NCBI GenBank assembly: GCA_964291265.2
Contig: OZ219746.1
Span: forward strand, 128,001 to 192,000
Source: Alphaproteobacteria bacterium
GTDB lineage: Bacteria > Pseudomonadota > Alphaproteobacteria > SP197
Direction: 5' to 3'
Length of the DNA stretch: 64,000 nt
A program made the translations under genes and the position numbers. The notes beneath the pieces are model-generated. The model was not told the origin of the DNA and did not search any database. It was given only the letters and a program-made list of their open reading frames with translations. Below are positions 1 to 9,735 of this stretch, piece after piece (position 1 is the stretch's first letter; the number at the start of each line of letters is the position of its first letter).

Positions 1-21
1 ACGGTCCAAGACAAGGGAGAT

Positions 22-1191
22 ATGAGAATGCGAGTGATGTTGATCGTCGGGGCGCTGACCCTCGCGACAGTGGCCGGCAGCACGGCCGCAGAGGCAGACG
101 AGGCGTGGATCGATAGCTTCGCGTTCGCCTGCACGACGCCGGAGGGCGAGACCCTGAAGCCGAAGTTTGGAGACATCGACGGGATCTTCTACCCGGACCT
201 CCCGGCGCAGCGGGAGCAGTGCCTGGAGACGATCCAGCGCAAGATTGTGCACTGTCGCGATAACGTGGACTTCGGATCCAACACGAAGAACGAGACGTAT
301 GCGCCCTGCCTGCCGATCTTCGCCGAGCAGGCCGAGGCCTGCGTCGGGCACTTCATCTTCGAGCGGAGCAAGTGCGACGTCGGCGGGTACGGCACGGAGG
401 CGGCGGGTCAGGCGGAGGACGAGGCGGCGCCGGAGGAGTCCCATTCGGTGGCGCCGCTGGATGAGACGATGGAAGTGACGACACGCGCCAACGTGCGTTC
501 AGGTCCCGGCACTGGCTACGACGTGCTCGACACGCTGGATGCGGGCGTCGGCGTACGGGTGACGGGCGTTGTCGAGGGCGGCAAGTGGATGCGCGTGGAC
601 TTGCGCGAGGACGGAGGGCCAGCCTTCATCCACGCCTCGCTGCTGAAGGAGGTGGCGGATCAGGCGGAGGACGAGGCGGCGCCGGAGGAGTCCTATTCGG
701 AGGCGCCGCCAGATGCGACGATGGAGGAGATGGCGCCCGAGGCGCCGAACGCCCCGCCCGAGGTCTTCGGACCGAACTGGATTTTCGCGGAGAACCAGCC
801 CTGCCAACTCATGTCAACTCACCCCGTCGAGCCTGACGACACCGTGACATGGTGGGGACCTTGCGTGGACGGCAAGGCTTCGGGTCAAGGGCGGTTTGTC
901 TGGCGCATAGGCGGCAAGGATTACACGTACGAGGGCGGCATGCGCAACGGCAAGGTGCACGGCCACGGGATCATGACCTATTACGACGGCAATCGTTACG
1001 AGGGCGAATGGCGCGACAGCACTTTGCACGGCTGGGGGACCTTTACCTGGCCCACCGGCGAACGTTACGAGGGTGGATGGCGCGCCGGCAATCAGCACGG
1101 CCGGGGGACCTATACCTATGCCGACGGCGACGCCAAGACCTGTGAATGGCGCGATGGCGAGGCCGTCGACGGGACCTGCAAATGGCACTAG
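22..1191 (+). CDS. Secreted protein with Cys-rich N-terminal region, bacterial SH3 domain and C-terminal MORN repeats
   Basis: Signal peptide MRMRVMLIVGALTLATVAGSTAAEA; SH3b-like ANVRSGPGTGYDVL...W; repeats YEGGMRNGKVHGHG / YEGEWRDSTLHGWG / YEGGWRAGNQHGRG; RBS GGGAGA upstream. Confidence 0.85.
   Translation: MRMRVMLIVGALTLATVAGSTAAEADEAWIDSFAFACTTPEGETLKPKFGDIDGIFYPDLPAQREQCLETIQRKIVHCRDNVDFGSNTKNETYAPCLPIFAEQAEACVGHFIFERSKCDVGGYGTEAAGQAEDEAAPEESHSVAPLDETMEVTTRANVRSGPGTGYDVLDTLDAGVGVRVTGVVEGGKWMRVDLREDGGPAFIHASLLKEVADQAEDEAAPEESYSEAPPDATMEEMAPEAPNAPPEVFGPNWIFAENQPCQLMSTHPVEPDDTVTWWGPCVDGKASGQGRFVWRIGGKDYTYEGGMRNGKVHGHGIMTYYDGNRYEGEWRDSTLHGWGTFTWPTGERYEGGWRAGNQHGRGTYTYADGDAKTCEWRDGEAVDGTCKWH
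409..726 (+). repeat. Imperfect ~66-bp direct repeat (409-474 and 661-726) flanking the SH3 domain
   Basis: caggcggaggacgaggcggcgccggaggagtcc occurs at 409 and 661, with similarity continuing to gatg.gacgatgga. Confidence 0.9.
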
Positions 1192-1328
1192 CCGCTGAAT
1201 GGCCGGGCTGCTGTTTGCCGAGCGACACGCCGCGCTTCCCGCTCGACATGTGACCTCTGCTGCAGGCTGCTCGGGCGGACGAGACAACGGCGGCTTCCTG
1301 CCGCTTGCCGCCTGCAAGGAGGCCTGGG

Positions 1329-1858
1329 ATGGCCGCCGACATTGAAGATGGCGGCGGCATGGGCGCAGGGTTCGCGGAAGAGGATGGCATCATCCTGGTG
1401 GAGGCCGGTCGATCCCTCCCGCGAAGACACCGGCGTGTTCGTCGGCGAATGCGTTCAGCCGGACAGTACGCGCTGCACGTCCGTCGGCGCCGTCCTGGTC
1501 CGCTGTGTCCCCGACCCGCACGCGACCATGGCTGGAGCTCGTGGCGAGCCGGCAGCCGTCACCTCGACAGCCTCCACTGGGAGGAGAAGCCTGGCCCCGC
1601 AGGGACTTCGCCGCCTTCCGCGACCATGTCGTCCGCCTCGTCGAGGTCAAGCCCTCGAGGCTGGAACAACTCGAGGGGTACCACGCCAACGCCATGACTC
1701 ATCCAGGACACGCGGCAGGAGCAGGTCGACTCCGACTCGCAGGAGCATGCCGATCTGGCATACATGATTGCCGGTGTCACGGATATCGCCGCAGAGCTGC
1801 AGGAGGACATCAAGGCTCCGAAGGCCGCGCAGCCGGACGTGGCCACCGCCGCACGGTG
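1329..1858 (+). pseudogene. Possible decayed gene of unknown family
   Basis: Protein-like segments in alternating + frames (WPRRDFAAFRDHVVRLVEVKPSRLEQLEGYHANA / LIQDTRQEQVDSDSQEHADLAYMIAGVTDIAAEL). Confidence 0.3.
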
Positions 1859-2437
1859 ACAGTCCGCCATTTGCCGGACCCAGCGCTCAAGTGGGATGAG
1901 CGGGGTCACCGCGGGGAGGATCGGTGCCTGGACGCGAAGCGCCTCTCCGCGGATTTTCATGGCGCTCTCACGCGCACAGAACGGGTAATGGCACGGCCTG
2001 CTGGCACTTCAGGCCGCTACAGGCGGCGGGGGACTATGGAACATCCGGCGGAAGCAGGCTCTCCCGCCCGGTCGCAAGCGAGGTGTCATGGCACTGACCG
2101 AGCGAGGGATGGTCCTGTCTCCCTGACACATAACGCTTGACGTTGCCTTGACCCAGGACATCCCGATTCGGCCTCCGTTCTTCAGCCTCCCGAAAGATCA
2201 TCCGCAGCGTGGGAAAGGCCTGCGACAAGAGCACTGCTGGCGCTGGTCGACGAACCCGACCGGACCGGCACCGTCCCTCCGGAAACAGGCCTCCGCCTCG
2301 TCTGCGACATCGACGGCGCAACACTCCACAATCGTCTCAGCCGACATCAGGACGTCTGAAACTCCGCTTTCAGGGACTGCCTCGATTCACCACATGGTGT
2401 AATGTGGGGAAGAGTGTGTGTCCGGAATCGCAGTGCC

Positions 2438-2629
2438 ATGAACGGACGCGAGGCAGACAGGCAAGGAACGAAACCCCAGGGGCGGCGCCCGTGTGTACCT
2501 CGATCAGTTTTCAACCGGATATCCACGAGGCTGTGGAACAGATCGCCAGGCAGAAGAAGGTGTGCATGGCCAGGGGTTGTGCGGAGCGCGGTCCGGCGAT
2601 ACGTCGCCGAACAATCGGAGCGGGAATGA
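2438..2629 (+). pseudogene. Frameshifted ribbon-helix-helix (CopG-like) regulator
   Basis: TSISFQPDIHEAVEQIARQKKVCMA in one frame joins VVRSAVRRYVAEQ in another, giving a typical RHH sequence. Confidence 0.6.
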
Positions 2630-2663
2630 GGTTCGACACGACAGGACTGACGGAGAACCGCAG

Positions 2664-5345
2664 ATGACCGCGGAAGCGACCTCGGATCGCATGCAGGCCG
2701 CATTGAACCTTCCGAACGGTGCACGGTTCTACCGCTGCGCCCTGCAGGTCAATCCGTTCGCCTATCTCAGGACGCACGGGAAGGCGACCGCCTTCATGGT
2801 GGAAGACGACTACAACAGGGCGATCATCGAAGCCTGCCTTGAAATCGGCATCGAGGTCATCGCCGTCACGGATCACTACCGCGTCGATCTTTCGGCAAAC
2901 CTCGTGTGCTCGGCGCGCCATGCCGGCCTCCACGTGTTCAGCGGTTTCGAAGCCGTGACCAAGGACGGCGTTCATTTCCTGTGCCTGTTCGATCCGGACA
3001 AGGACGGATTCCTGGAACGCTTCATCGGCGAGTGCGGCATTCACGACGCCGATCAGCCGTCACCGACGGGCAGCAAGGACTCCATCGAACTTCTGGAATG
3101 TGCGAAGACCTGGGGCGCCGCGTGCATCGCCGCCCATGCAGCCTCCCAGGGCGGATTGCTGAAGAAGCTCTCGGGGCAATCGAGAGTCAACGTCTGGCGC
3201 CATCCCGACCTGCTTGCCTGCGCGCTGCCAGGTCCGGTCAGCGACGCGCCGGACGGGATCAGGTCGATCCTCGAAAACAGGGATGCCCAGCATACGCGTG
3301 ACCGTTTGCCTGCGATTCTGAACGCTTCGGACGTCAGCGGTCCCGAGGACCTGAAGAGGGACAGCGCTTCCTGCTTCATCAAGATGTCCACCGTCTCTGT
3401 CGAGGCGCTCCGGCAGGCGTTTCTTGACCCGCACTCCCGGATCCGTCTGCACAGCGATGCGGCGCTCGAACCCCATGCCGAGTTTCGCACCATGACCTGG
3501 GAAGGCGGGTTCCTGCACGGCAACGCCGTGCATTTCAATGAAAATCTCAATGTGCTGGTCGGCGGACGAGGCACCGGGAAGTCGACGATCATCGAAAGCA
3601 TACGCTACGTGCTCGGTCTCGATCCTCTCGGCGAGGAGGCGCAGAGGGCCCATGAGGGCGTGGTTCGCCACGTCCTGCAGTCCGGCACGAAGGTCTCGTT
3701 GCGTGTGCGATCGCACAGACCGTCCAGGCGTTGTTACACGATCGAAAGATCGGTGCCCAATCCGCCCGTCGTGAAGGACGAAGCGGGGGAAGTCCTGACG
3801 TTGTCGCCGCGTGACGTGGTGCCGGGCGTGGAAGTTTTCGGCCAGCACGAGATATCCGAACTCACGAGAAGTCCCGAGAAACTGACGCTCCTGCTGGAAC
3901 GTTTCGTTGACCGGGATCCATCCCTGTCGGGACGCAAGTCGCAGGTACGCCTGGAATTGGCGCGCTCGCGCCGCCGGATCGTGGATGTGCGCCGCGAGAT
4001 GAAGCGACTTGGCGAGCGCCTGGAGGCGCTGCCGGGTCTCGAAGAGACGCAAAGGCAATTCCAGCGGGCCGGGCTCGAGGAACGGCTGAAGGAAAGGAGC
4101 CTGGTCATTCGCGAGGAACGTCTGTTCTCCAACCTGGAGGAGCGGCTCGAGCAGTACCGTACCCTTCACAATGAACTCACCGAAGAAGGGTTGCCTGTCG
4201 ATACGGCATTCGTTTCCTGCAAGGCCCTTGAAGGGTTGCCGAACGCTGACATCCTTTCCGAAATCGAGGGGATTCTTGGCCTGCTGGGCAGGAATCTGAA
4301 GACAGTCGGCGAACAGTTCGGCAACGCACTTGCCGACGCAGATCGTGCGATGGCGGAAACGACATCACGCTGGAACGAACGCAGGACCGCCATCGAGGAA
4401 ACCTACGAGAAGCTCCTGCGCGAACTCCAGAAGTCCAGGATCGATGGCGCGGAATTCATCCGGCTTCGCCGTCAAGTCGAGGACTTGCGCCCGCTGAAGG
4501 ACAAGGCGGAAGGCCTCGAGCGCGATCTGGAAGCGCACGAGGCCCAGCGCCGCAGCCTTCTGGCGGAGTGGGAAGACATCAAGGCAGCCGAATACAGGCA
4601 GGTCGAAACGGCGGCGGGGCGGGTATCGCAGAAGCTCCGTGACAGGGTGCGGGCCAGCGTTGCGATGGCCGGAAACCGGGCCCCGCTCGAACTGCTTCTG
4701 CGAGAGGTGGGGGGCAATCTTGCCGCCGCGCTCGATCGCCTGCGCGAACGGGACCAGCTGTCCCTGCCGGAATTCGCGCAGCGGTGCCGGGAAGGCAGGG
4801 AAGCGCTCATGAAGCACTACAACCTGCCGTCGGGAGCGGCCGAGCGGATCGCGCAAGCCGATGCGGACCTCTTCATGCGTATCGAGGAGCTGGAACTACC
4901 TGCGACAACAAAGATCGAGTTGAACACCGCTCCCTGCGGGGAACCGGCCCATTGGCAGACGCTGCAAGAGCTATCGACCGGACAGAAGGCAACCGCTGTC
5001 CTGCTCCTTGTGCTTCTTGAATCGGATGCGCCGCTTGTCGTCGATCAACCCGAAGACGATCTCGACAATCGCTTCATCACGGAGGGTGTAGTGCCGATCA
5101 TGCGCCAGGAAAAGCGCCGCCGCCAGTTCGTCTTCTCGACGCACAACGCCAACATCCCGGTTCTGAGCGACGCCGAACTCATCCTCGGCCTCGTTGCGAC
5201 GGGCGAGGCCGAGGGCGGCCAGGCACGGGTTGCGACGGAGCGCATGGGCTCCATCGAGTCGCAACCTGTACGGGAACTGGTCGAGGAAATCCTCGAAGGC
5301 GGCAGAGCCGCGTTCGAGATGCGTCGATCCAAGTACGGGTTCTGA
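2664..5345 (+). CDS. PHP-domain + coiled-coil ABC/SMC-type ATPase (TrlF/Ppl-like)
   Basis: PHP motifs AVTDH, GFE...GVHFLCLF, IAAH, ASD; Walker A GGRGTGKST, signature LSTGQK, Walker B LVVDQPEDDLD, H-loop STHNAN; ATG 2664 with GGAG RBS. Confidence 0.85.
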   Translation: MTAEATSDRMQAALNLPNGARFYRCALQVNPFAYLRTHGKATAFMVEDDYNRAIIEACLEIGIEVIAVTDHYRVDLSANLVCSARHAGLHVFSGFEAVTKDGVHFLCLFDPDKDGFLERFIGECGIHDADQPSPTGSKDSIELLECAKTWGAACIAAHAASQGGLLKKLSGQSRVNVWRHPDLLACALPGPVSDAPDGIRSILENRDAQHTRDRLPAILNASDVSGPEDLKRDSASCFIKMSTVSVEALRQAFLDPHSRIRLHSDAALEPHAEFRTMTWEGGFLHGNAVHFNENLNVLVGGRGTGKSTIIESIRYVLGLDPLGEEAQRAHEGVVRHVLQSGTKVSLRVRSHRPSRRCYTIERSVPNPPVVKDEAGEVLTLSPRDVVPGVEVFGQHEISELTRSPEKLTLLLERFVDRDPSLSGRKSQVRLELARSRRRIVDVRREMKRLGERLEALPGLEETQRQFQRAGLEERLKERSLVIREERLFSNLEERLEQYRTLHNELTEEGLPVDTAFVSCKALEGLPNADILSEIEGILGLLGRNLKTVGEQFGNALADADRAMAETTSRWNERRTAIEETYEKLLRELQKSRIDGAEFIRLRRQVEDLRPLKDKAEGLERDLEAHEAQRRSLLAEWEDIKAAEYRQVETAAGRVSQKLRDRVRASVAMAGNRAPLELLLREVGGNLAAALDRLRERDQLSLPEFAQRCREGREALMKHYNLPSGAAERIAQADADLFMRIEELELPATTKIELNTAPCGEPAHWQTLQELSTGQKATAVLLLVLLESDAPLVVDQPEDDLDNRFITEGVVPIMRQEKRRRQFVFSTHNANIPVLSDAELILGLVATGEAEGGQARVATERMGSIESQPVRELVEEILEGGRAAFEMRRSKYGF

Positions 5346-5348
5346 GGC

Positions 5349-6569
5349 ATGACGACGCGTACCGACCTGCTGGAAATCATGGCGAACGGCGAGAACTCGG
5401 GAGTTGAATTCAAGAGAGATGATGTGCAGAACCACGCACTCGCCAGGGAACTTGTCGCATTCGCCAATCTTGAAGGCGGGATGGTGCTGCTCGGAATCGC
5501 GGACGACGGTACTGTTTCAGGACTGACGCGGGATAAACTGGAAGAATGGGTCATGACGGCGTGCCGGGACAAGATCAGGCCCGGAATCATTCCCTTCTTC
5601 GAGATCATCAAGGACGTTGAACCGGGCAAGGATGTGGCGGTTGTTCGCGTGCCGCGCGGAGCCGATGTTCACAGCCACTGGCACAACAACAGAAACACCT
5701 ATTACATCCGGGTCGGCACACAGAGCCGCGAGTCCTCTCCCCAGGAACTGAGCCGTCTCTTCCAGCAACGGGGAATGTTCAGGGCTGAACTGCGGCCGGT
5801 TTCCGGAGCGACGGTCAGTGATCTCGATCGCCGCCGCCTCAAGGATTATTTCGGGCGTGTCCGCCAGCAGGAAGTTCCGGAGGATCGTGACGATGCAGGG
5901 TGGCAGACACTTCTCGTCAACACGGAGATCATGGTGGAAGACGGTGTATCCCTTTCGGGGATGCTGCTGTTCGGAAGGACGCCGAACAGGTTCCTGCCGC
6001 AGGCGGGGATTGATGCGGCAGCCTTTCCGGGGACGGAAAAGGACTATGCGGCAAGGGAGCGCACCACCCTGCGCGGGCCGATGACGCCGCTCATGGACCG
6101 GAACGGAGATATCGTCGAAGCCGGGCTGGTCGAACAGGCGCTTGACTTCGTCAGGCGCAACACTCCCGTGACCACTGTGCTCGAGGACGGTGCACGGCGG
6201 GTGGACAGGCCCGCATACCCTGTCGAAGTGATCCGGGAGGCTGTGGTCAATGCCCTGATCCACCGCGATTACCTTTTCGCCAACACTGATGTCGAACTGG
6301 TCATTTACGAAGATCGACTGGAAGTCGTCTCACCGGGCAGACTGCCAAATGGCATAACGCCCGAAAGGATGCGGGCGGGAACGAGAGCTGCCCGAAACCA
6401 GCTTCTGAAGGATGTCATGAAAGACTACGGCTATCTTGAACACATGGGGATGGGCGTTCCGCGGAAAATCATCCGCGGGATGAAGGAACACAACCAGACT
6501 GACCCTGATCTGATGGAGGACAATGAACGATTTCTTGTGCGCCTGTTCGTGCAGGCGCCGGGCGCATGA
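5349..6569 (+). CDS. AlbA_2 (Schlafen-like) domain + HATPase_c_4 protein
   Basis: GENSGVEFK, ELVAFANLEGG..LLGIADDG, YYIRVG; REAVVNALIHRDY, SPGRLP, RN..L...GYLEHMGMG. Confidence 0.85.
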   Translation: MTTRTDLLEIMANGENSGVEFKRDDVQNHALARELVAFANLEGGMVLLGIADDGTVSGLTRDKLEEWVMTACRDKIRPGIIPFFEIIKDVEPGKDVAVVRVPRGADVHSHWHNNRNTYYIRVGTQSRESSPQELSRLFQQRGMFRAELRPVSGATVSDLDRRRLKDYFGRVRQQEVPEDRDDAGWQTLLVNTEIMVEDGVSLSGMLLFGRTPNRFLPQAGIDAAAFPGTEKDYAARERTTLRGPMTPLMDRNGDIVEAGLVEQALDFVRRNTPVTTVLEDGARRVDRPAYPVEVIREAVVNALIHRDYLFANTDVELVIYEDRLEVVSPGRLPNGITPERMRAGTRAARNQLLKDVMKDYGYLEHMGMGVPRKIIRGMKEHNQTDPDLMEDNERFLVRLFVQAPGA

Positions 6570-6745
6570 TGGATCGGTGCGGCGAGGGCGGGGATCCGAA
6601 CCATGATGGCAGGGTAACGCGGGCGATTGTCGCAGGCTGGCCCTGAGTACCTGCGGTCCCCCGCTCCCGGTCGCCACGCGCCATCGGGGACTGTCACATC
6701 GGGTTCATGGCCGCAACACAGGGGTGCGCCTTGCCTCCTGACAGG

Positions 6746-8062
6746 TCAGGAGGCAAGGCGGGGAAGCCAGAGCACGAGATCGGGAATGGCGAAGAGGAGA
6801 CCGATGCGCACCAGTTCGATGGCGATGAAGGGAATGAGTCCGCGAAACGTGTCGCCGAGCGCCACGTTTCGTGCCAGGCCGTGAACGACGTAGACGTTCA
6901 TGCCGACAGGGGGTGTGATCAGGCCGAGTTCGATGACCACGAGGGCGAGAATGCCGAACCAGATGGCGGTGTCGTCGGCCGTCATCCCGAGGTCGAGCGC
7001 CAGCAGGATGGGAAGGAACACGGGCATGGTCAGCAGGATGACGGAGAGCGAGTCCATGAAGCAGCCGGCGGCGAGATAGAAGAGCAGCATCAGGAAGACC
7101 ACCAGCCAGGGACCGGCGCCGGCGCTCGTCAGCCAGGCCCCCAGTTCCTGGGGCAACCGGGTGAAGGCCAGGCCGGCGCTGAAGAGATCGGCGCCCAGGA
7201 GAATGAGAAAGACCATGGCCGAGGTCTGCGCCGTGGCCAGCAGCGCAGTCCTGAGACCCTGCCACCGCATGCCGCGCGCCAGGGCCAGGGACAACGTCGC
7301 GCCAGCCCCCACGGACGCACCCTCGACGGGTGTGAACCAGCCGATGTAGATGCCGCCGATCACCACCAGGAAGACACCGACGACGACCCACACGCTGGCC
7401 AGGGCCCGCCGCCTGTCATGGCGGCCGGCACGGGCCTCGAGGGGTGCGATCGAAGGCCTGAGCCAGACCGACACCCGGATGGCGACGGCGAATCCCGACA
7501 CGGCGAGCAGACCCGGGAGGAGTGCTGCCAGGAACATGTCGCCGATCAGCTGCTCGCTGAGGATGGCGTAGATCACCAGCACGAAACTCGGCGGAATGAG
7601 GATGCCGAGGGTGCCGCCGGCCGCCAGTGTCGCGGTGGCGAAGGAGCCGGCGTAACCGGCGCGCCGCATTTCCGGCCAGGCTGCCTGGCCCATGGTGGCG
7701 GCCGTGGCAAGTGAGGAACCGCAGATGGCGCCAAATCCCGCCGCGCCGGTGATGGAGGCGAGAGCGAGGCCGCCGCGCCGGTGGCCCATCCAGGCCCGCG
7801 CCGCCGTGAAGAGGGCCCGGTTCATGCCCGACTGCGTGGCGAACTGGCCCATGAGGAGAAAGAGCGGGATCACGGCAAGGCTGTGGGTGGAGGCGAGAAA
7901 GAAGGGCGTCGTCTGCAGGTGAAAGAGCAGGGGATCGACACCGCGCACGACGGCATAGGCCGTGCCGCCGGTGACCAGCATGGCAAGTCCCACGGGGACT
8001 CTGAGAACGATCAGTCCGATGAGACCGGCGAGCATGACGAGGCCGGTCTCGACACCGCTCAC
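6746..8062 (-). CDS. dctM: TRAP transporter large permease
   Basis: IPLFLLMG, GAICGSSLATAATMG, AGGTLGILIPPS, GLITPPVGMN; GTG start overlaps the dctQ stop (GTGA). Confidence 0.92.
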   Translation of the reverse strand: MSGVETGLVMLAGLIGLIVLRVPVGLAMLVTGGTAYAVVRGVDPLLFHLQTTPFFLASTHSLAVIPLFLLMGQFATQSGMNRALFTAARAWMGHRRGGLALASITGAAGFGAICGSSLATAATMGQAAWPEMRRAGYAGSFATATLAAGGTLGILIPPSFVLVIYAILSEQLIGDMFLAALLPGLLAVSGFAVAIRVSVWLRPSIAPLEARAGRHDRRRALASVWVVVGVFLVVIGGIYIGWFTPVEGASVGAGATLSLALARGMRWQGLRTALLATAQTSAMVFLILLGADLFSAGLAFTRLPQELGAWLTSAGAGPWLVVFLMLLFYLAAGCFMDSLSVILLTMPVFLPILLALDLGMTADDTAIWFGILALVVIELGLITPPVGMNVYVVHGLARNVALGDTFRGLIPFIAIELVRIGLLFAIPDLVLWLPRLAS

Positions 8063-8589
8063 GGGTGGCCTCGCCCGTCGTCCGGCATGGCCGGTGCCGG
8101 GTCCGGGTCCGGCGTGTGGTCTGTCAGCCGTTGAGGCCGCCAGGCGCCGGCCAGACTGACGGCGGCGAGCAGCGCCAGGGAGAAGACGATCGCCGGAAAC
8201 AGCCACCACAGGGCGAGTCCGAGAATCATGGTCGATTCCCGCCACGCCCTGAGGTCCTCGCCTCCCAGGTACATGCGCCAGGCGAGGAGCAGTGCCACCA
8301 CCGCCAGAAGGCACGATGCCCCGGCATCGAGCCCGTCGACAACACGCGGCGCCAACCAGCGCCGAGCCAAGGCCACGGTGACATGACCACGCTGCACCTG
8401 GCACCAGGGGAGGCCGGCGAAGAAGGCGAGCGCGCTTCCCAGCGCCACCAGTTCCGTGTCGCCGGGGACCGGTCCCCACCCGAGGTTTCTGCCGGCAATG
8501 GAAAGAACCGACACCAGGGCGACGACCGCCAGGGCTGCGGCTCCGACGAGGGCCCAGGCCGCGGCCAGGCGGTGGAGAGGGCGCGTCAA
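8059..8589 (-). CDS. dctQ: TRAP transporter small permease
   Basis: Four hydrophobic segments, GDTELV, LPWCQVQRGHVTV; lies between dctP and dctM; start uncertain (TTG). Confidence 0.8.
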   Translation of the reverse strand: MTRPLHRLAAAWALVGAAALAVVALVSVLSIAGRNLGWGPVPGDTELVALGSALAFFAGLPWCQVQRGHVTVALARRWLAPRVVDGLDAGASCLLAVVALLLAWRMYLGGEDLRAWRESTMILGLALWWLFPAIVFSLALLAAVSLAGAWRPQRLTDHTPDPDPAPAMPDDGRGHP

Positions 8590-8602
8590 GGGGAGGCCAG
8601 GG

Positions 8603-9619
8603 TCATTCCCGATAGTGATCGACGAGAGCTCTTGCCTCGTCAAGGAGCGTCTGGCCGTCAAGTCCCGCCTCGTCCATGGCCGCGATCCAGGCATCGATCA
8701 CCGGTTGCGTGGCCTGGCGCCAGCGATCCTCTTCGGCGTCATCGAGAACGATGATGTTGCCTCCGCCATCGGCCACGATCCCGCGCGCCTCGATCTCGTT
8801 CGCATCCCAGATGGCGCCCGCCTCGCGGGCCGCTTCCAGTCCCGAATTGTCATCGATCACCTGCCTCAGGTCATCCGGAAGGCCGTCGTAGATGTCCTGG
8901 TTCATCGCCAGGAGGAACACCGCGGTATAGAGTCCGCTTTCGGTGTGATGGCGGGTGAGTTCCGGCAGACGCAGGGCGAGAGTGACTTCGTATGGAACGA
9001 GGGCGCCCTCGACAACGCCCCGGGAGACGGCCTCCGGCACCTCCGGCACGGGCATGCCCACCGGAACCGCTCCCAGAGCTCCCAGAGCCGCGTTGATCTG
9101 GCGGGTCGGAGCGCGAAGCTTCAGTCCGGCGAGGTCCTCGATCGCCGTGACCGGAGTCGAACGCGTGTGGATGACGCCAGGCGCGTGGACATGAAGGATG
9201 AGGGGCTTCACACCCCTGAACTCCTCGACGAGGTGGTCGTCGTGGAAATCCATGACCGCCTGGCTCGTCGCTTCGGCGGAGCCGGTGACGAAGGGCAGTT
9301 CGAACACCTCGGCAATCGGAAAGCGGCCGGCGGTGTAGCCGGGCAGGGTCCAGATGATGTCGGCAATGCCCGTGCGCGCCTGATCGAAGAGTTGGGGCGG
9401 TTTCCCGCCCAGCGTCATCGAGGGGTAGATCTCGATGGCGATTCGCCCCCCCGACTGGTCCTCCACCCTCTTCGCCCAGGGTGCGAGAAACGTCTTGTGG
9501 GTGTTGGACTGGGGCGACAGGAAATGGTGCAGGGTGAGCGTGACATCCTGTGCCGGGGAGGGCTGCGCCCCGGCAGCGAGGAGGATGAGGCTGGCGAGGA
9601 GCGCCGGTCGCATGTCCAT
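8603..9619 (-). CDS. dctP: TRAP substrate-binding protein
   Basis: Signal peptide; SGGRIAIEIYPSMTLGG, GYTAGRFP, GLKLR, GAVPVGMP. Confidence 0.93.
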   Translation of the reverse strand: MDMRPALLASLILLAAGAQPSPAQDVTLTLHHFLSPQSNTHKTFLAPWAKRVEDQSGGRIAIEIYPSMTLGGKPPQLFDQARTGIADIIWTLPGYTAGRFPIAEVFELPFVTGSAEATSQAVMDFHDDHLVEEFRGVKPLILHVHAPGVIHTRSTPVTAIEDLAGLKLRAPTRQINAALGALGAVPVGMPVPEVPEAVSRGVVEGALVPYEVTLALRLPELTRHHTESGLYTAVFLLAMNQDIYDGLPDDLRQVIDDNSGLEAAREAGAIWDANEIEARGIVADGGGNIIVLDDAEEDRWRQATQPVIDAWIAAMDEAGLDGQTLLDEARALVDHYRE

Positions 9620-9735
9620 GGCGGATCTCCTGTCTCGAGCGGACCAATAGTGTGGAAAGGCGTCCGGTGCAACGCCGGATTTCTCCGGCAGCGGCGTGGA
9701 CGATGTGCCGGGGACCGGCTAGCTTGCGCGCCATC

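Noticed and set aside
5343-5351. PHP-ATPase and AlbA genes are in the same frame, separated by TGA GGC ATG, raising possible Sec readthrough into a fusion
   Set aside because: No redox motif or convincing SECIS; the ATPase ends in a normal-looking terminus (RRSKYGF) and the AlbA gene has its own ATG
8586-8606. ATG overlapping the dctP stop is out of frame with dctQ, suggesting a frameshift
   Set aside because: An in-frame TTG at 8589 gives a full-length DctQ, so no disruption is needed
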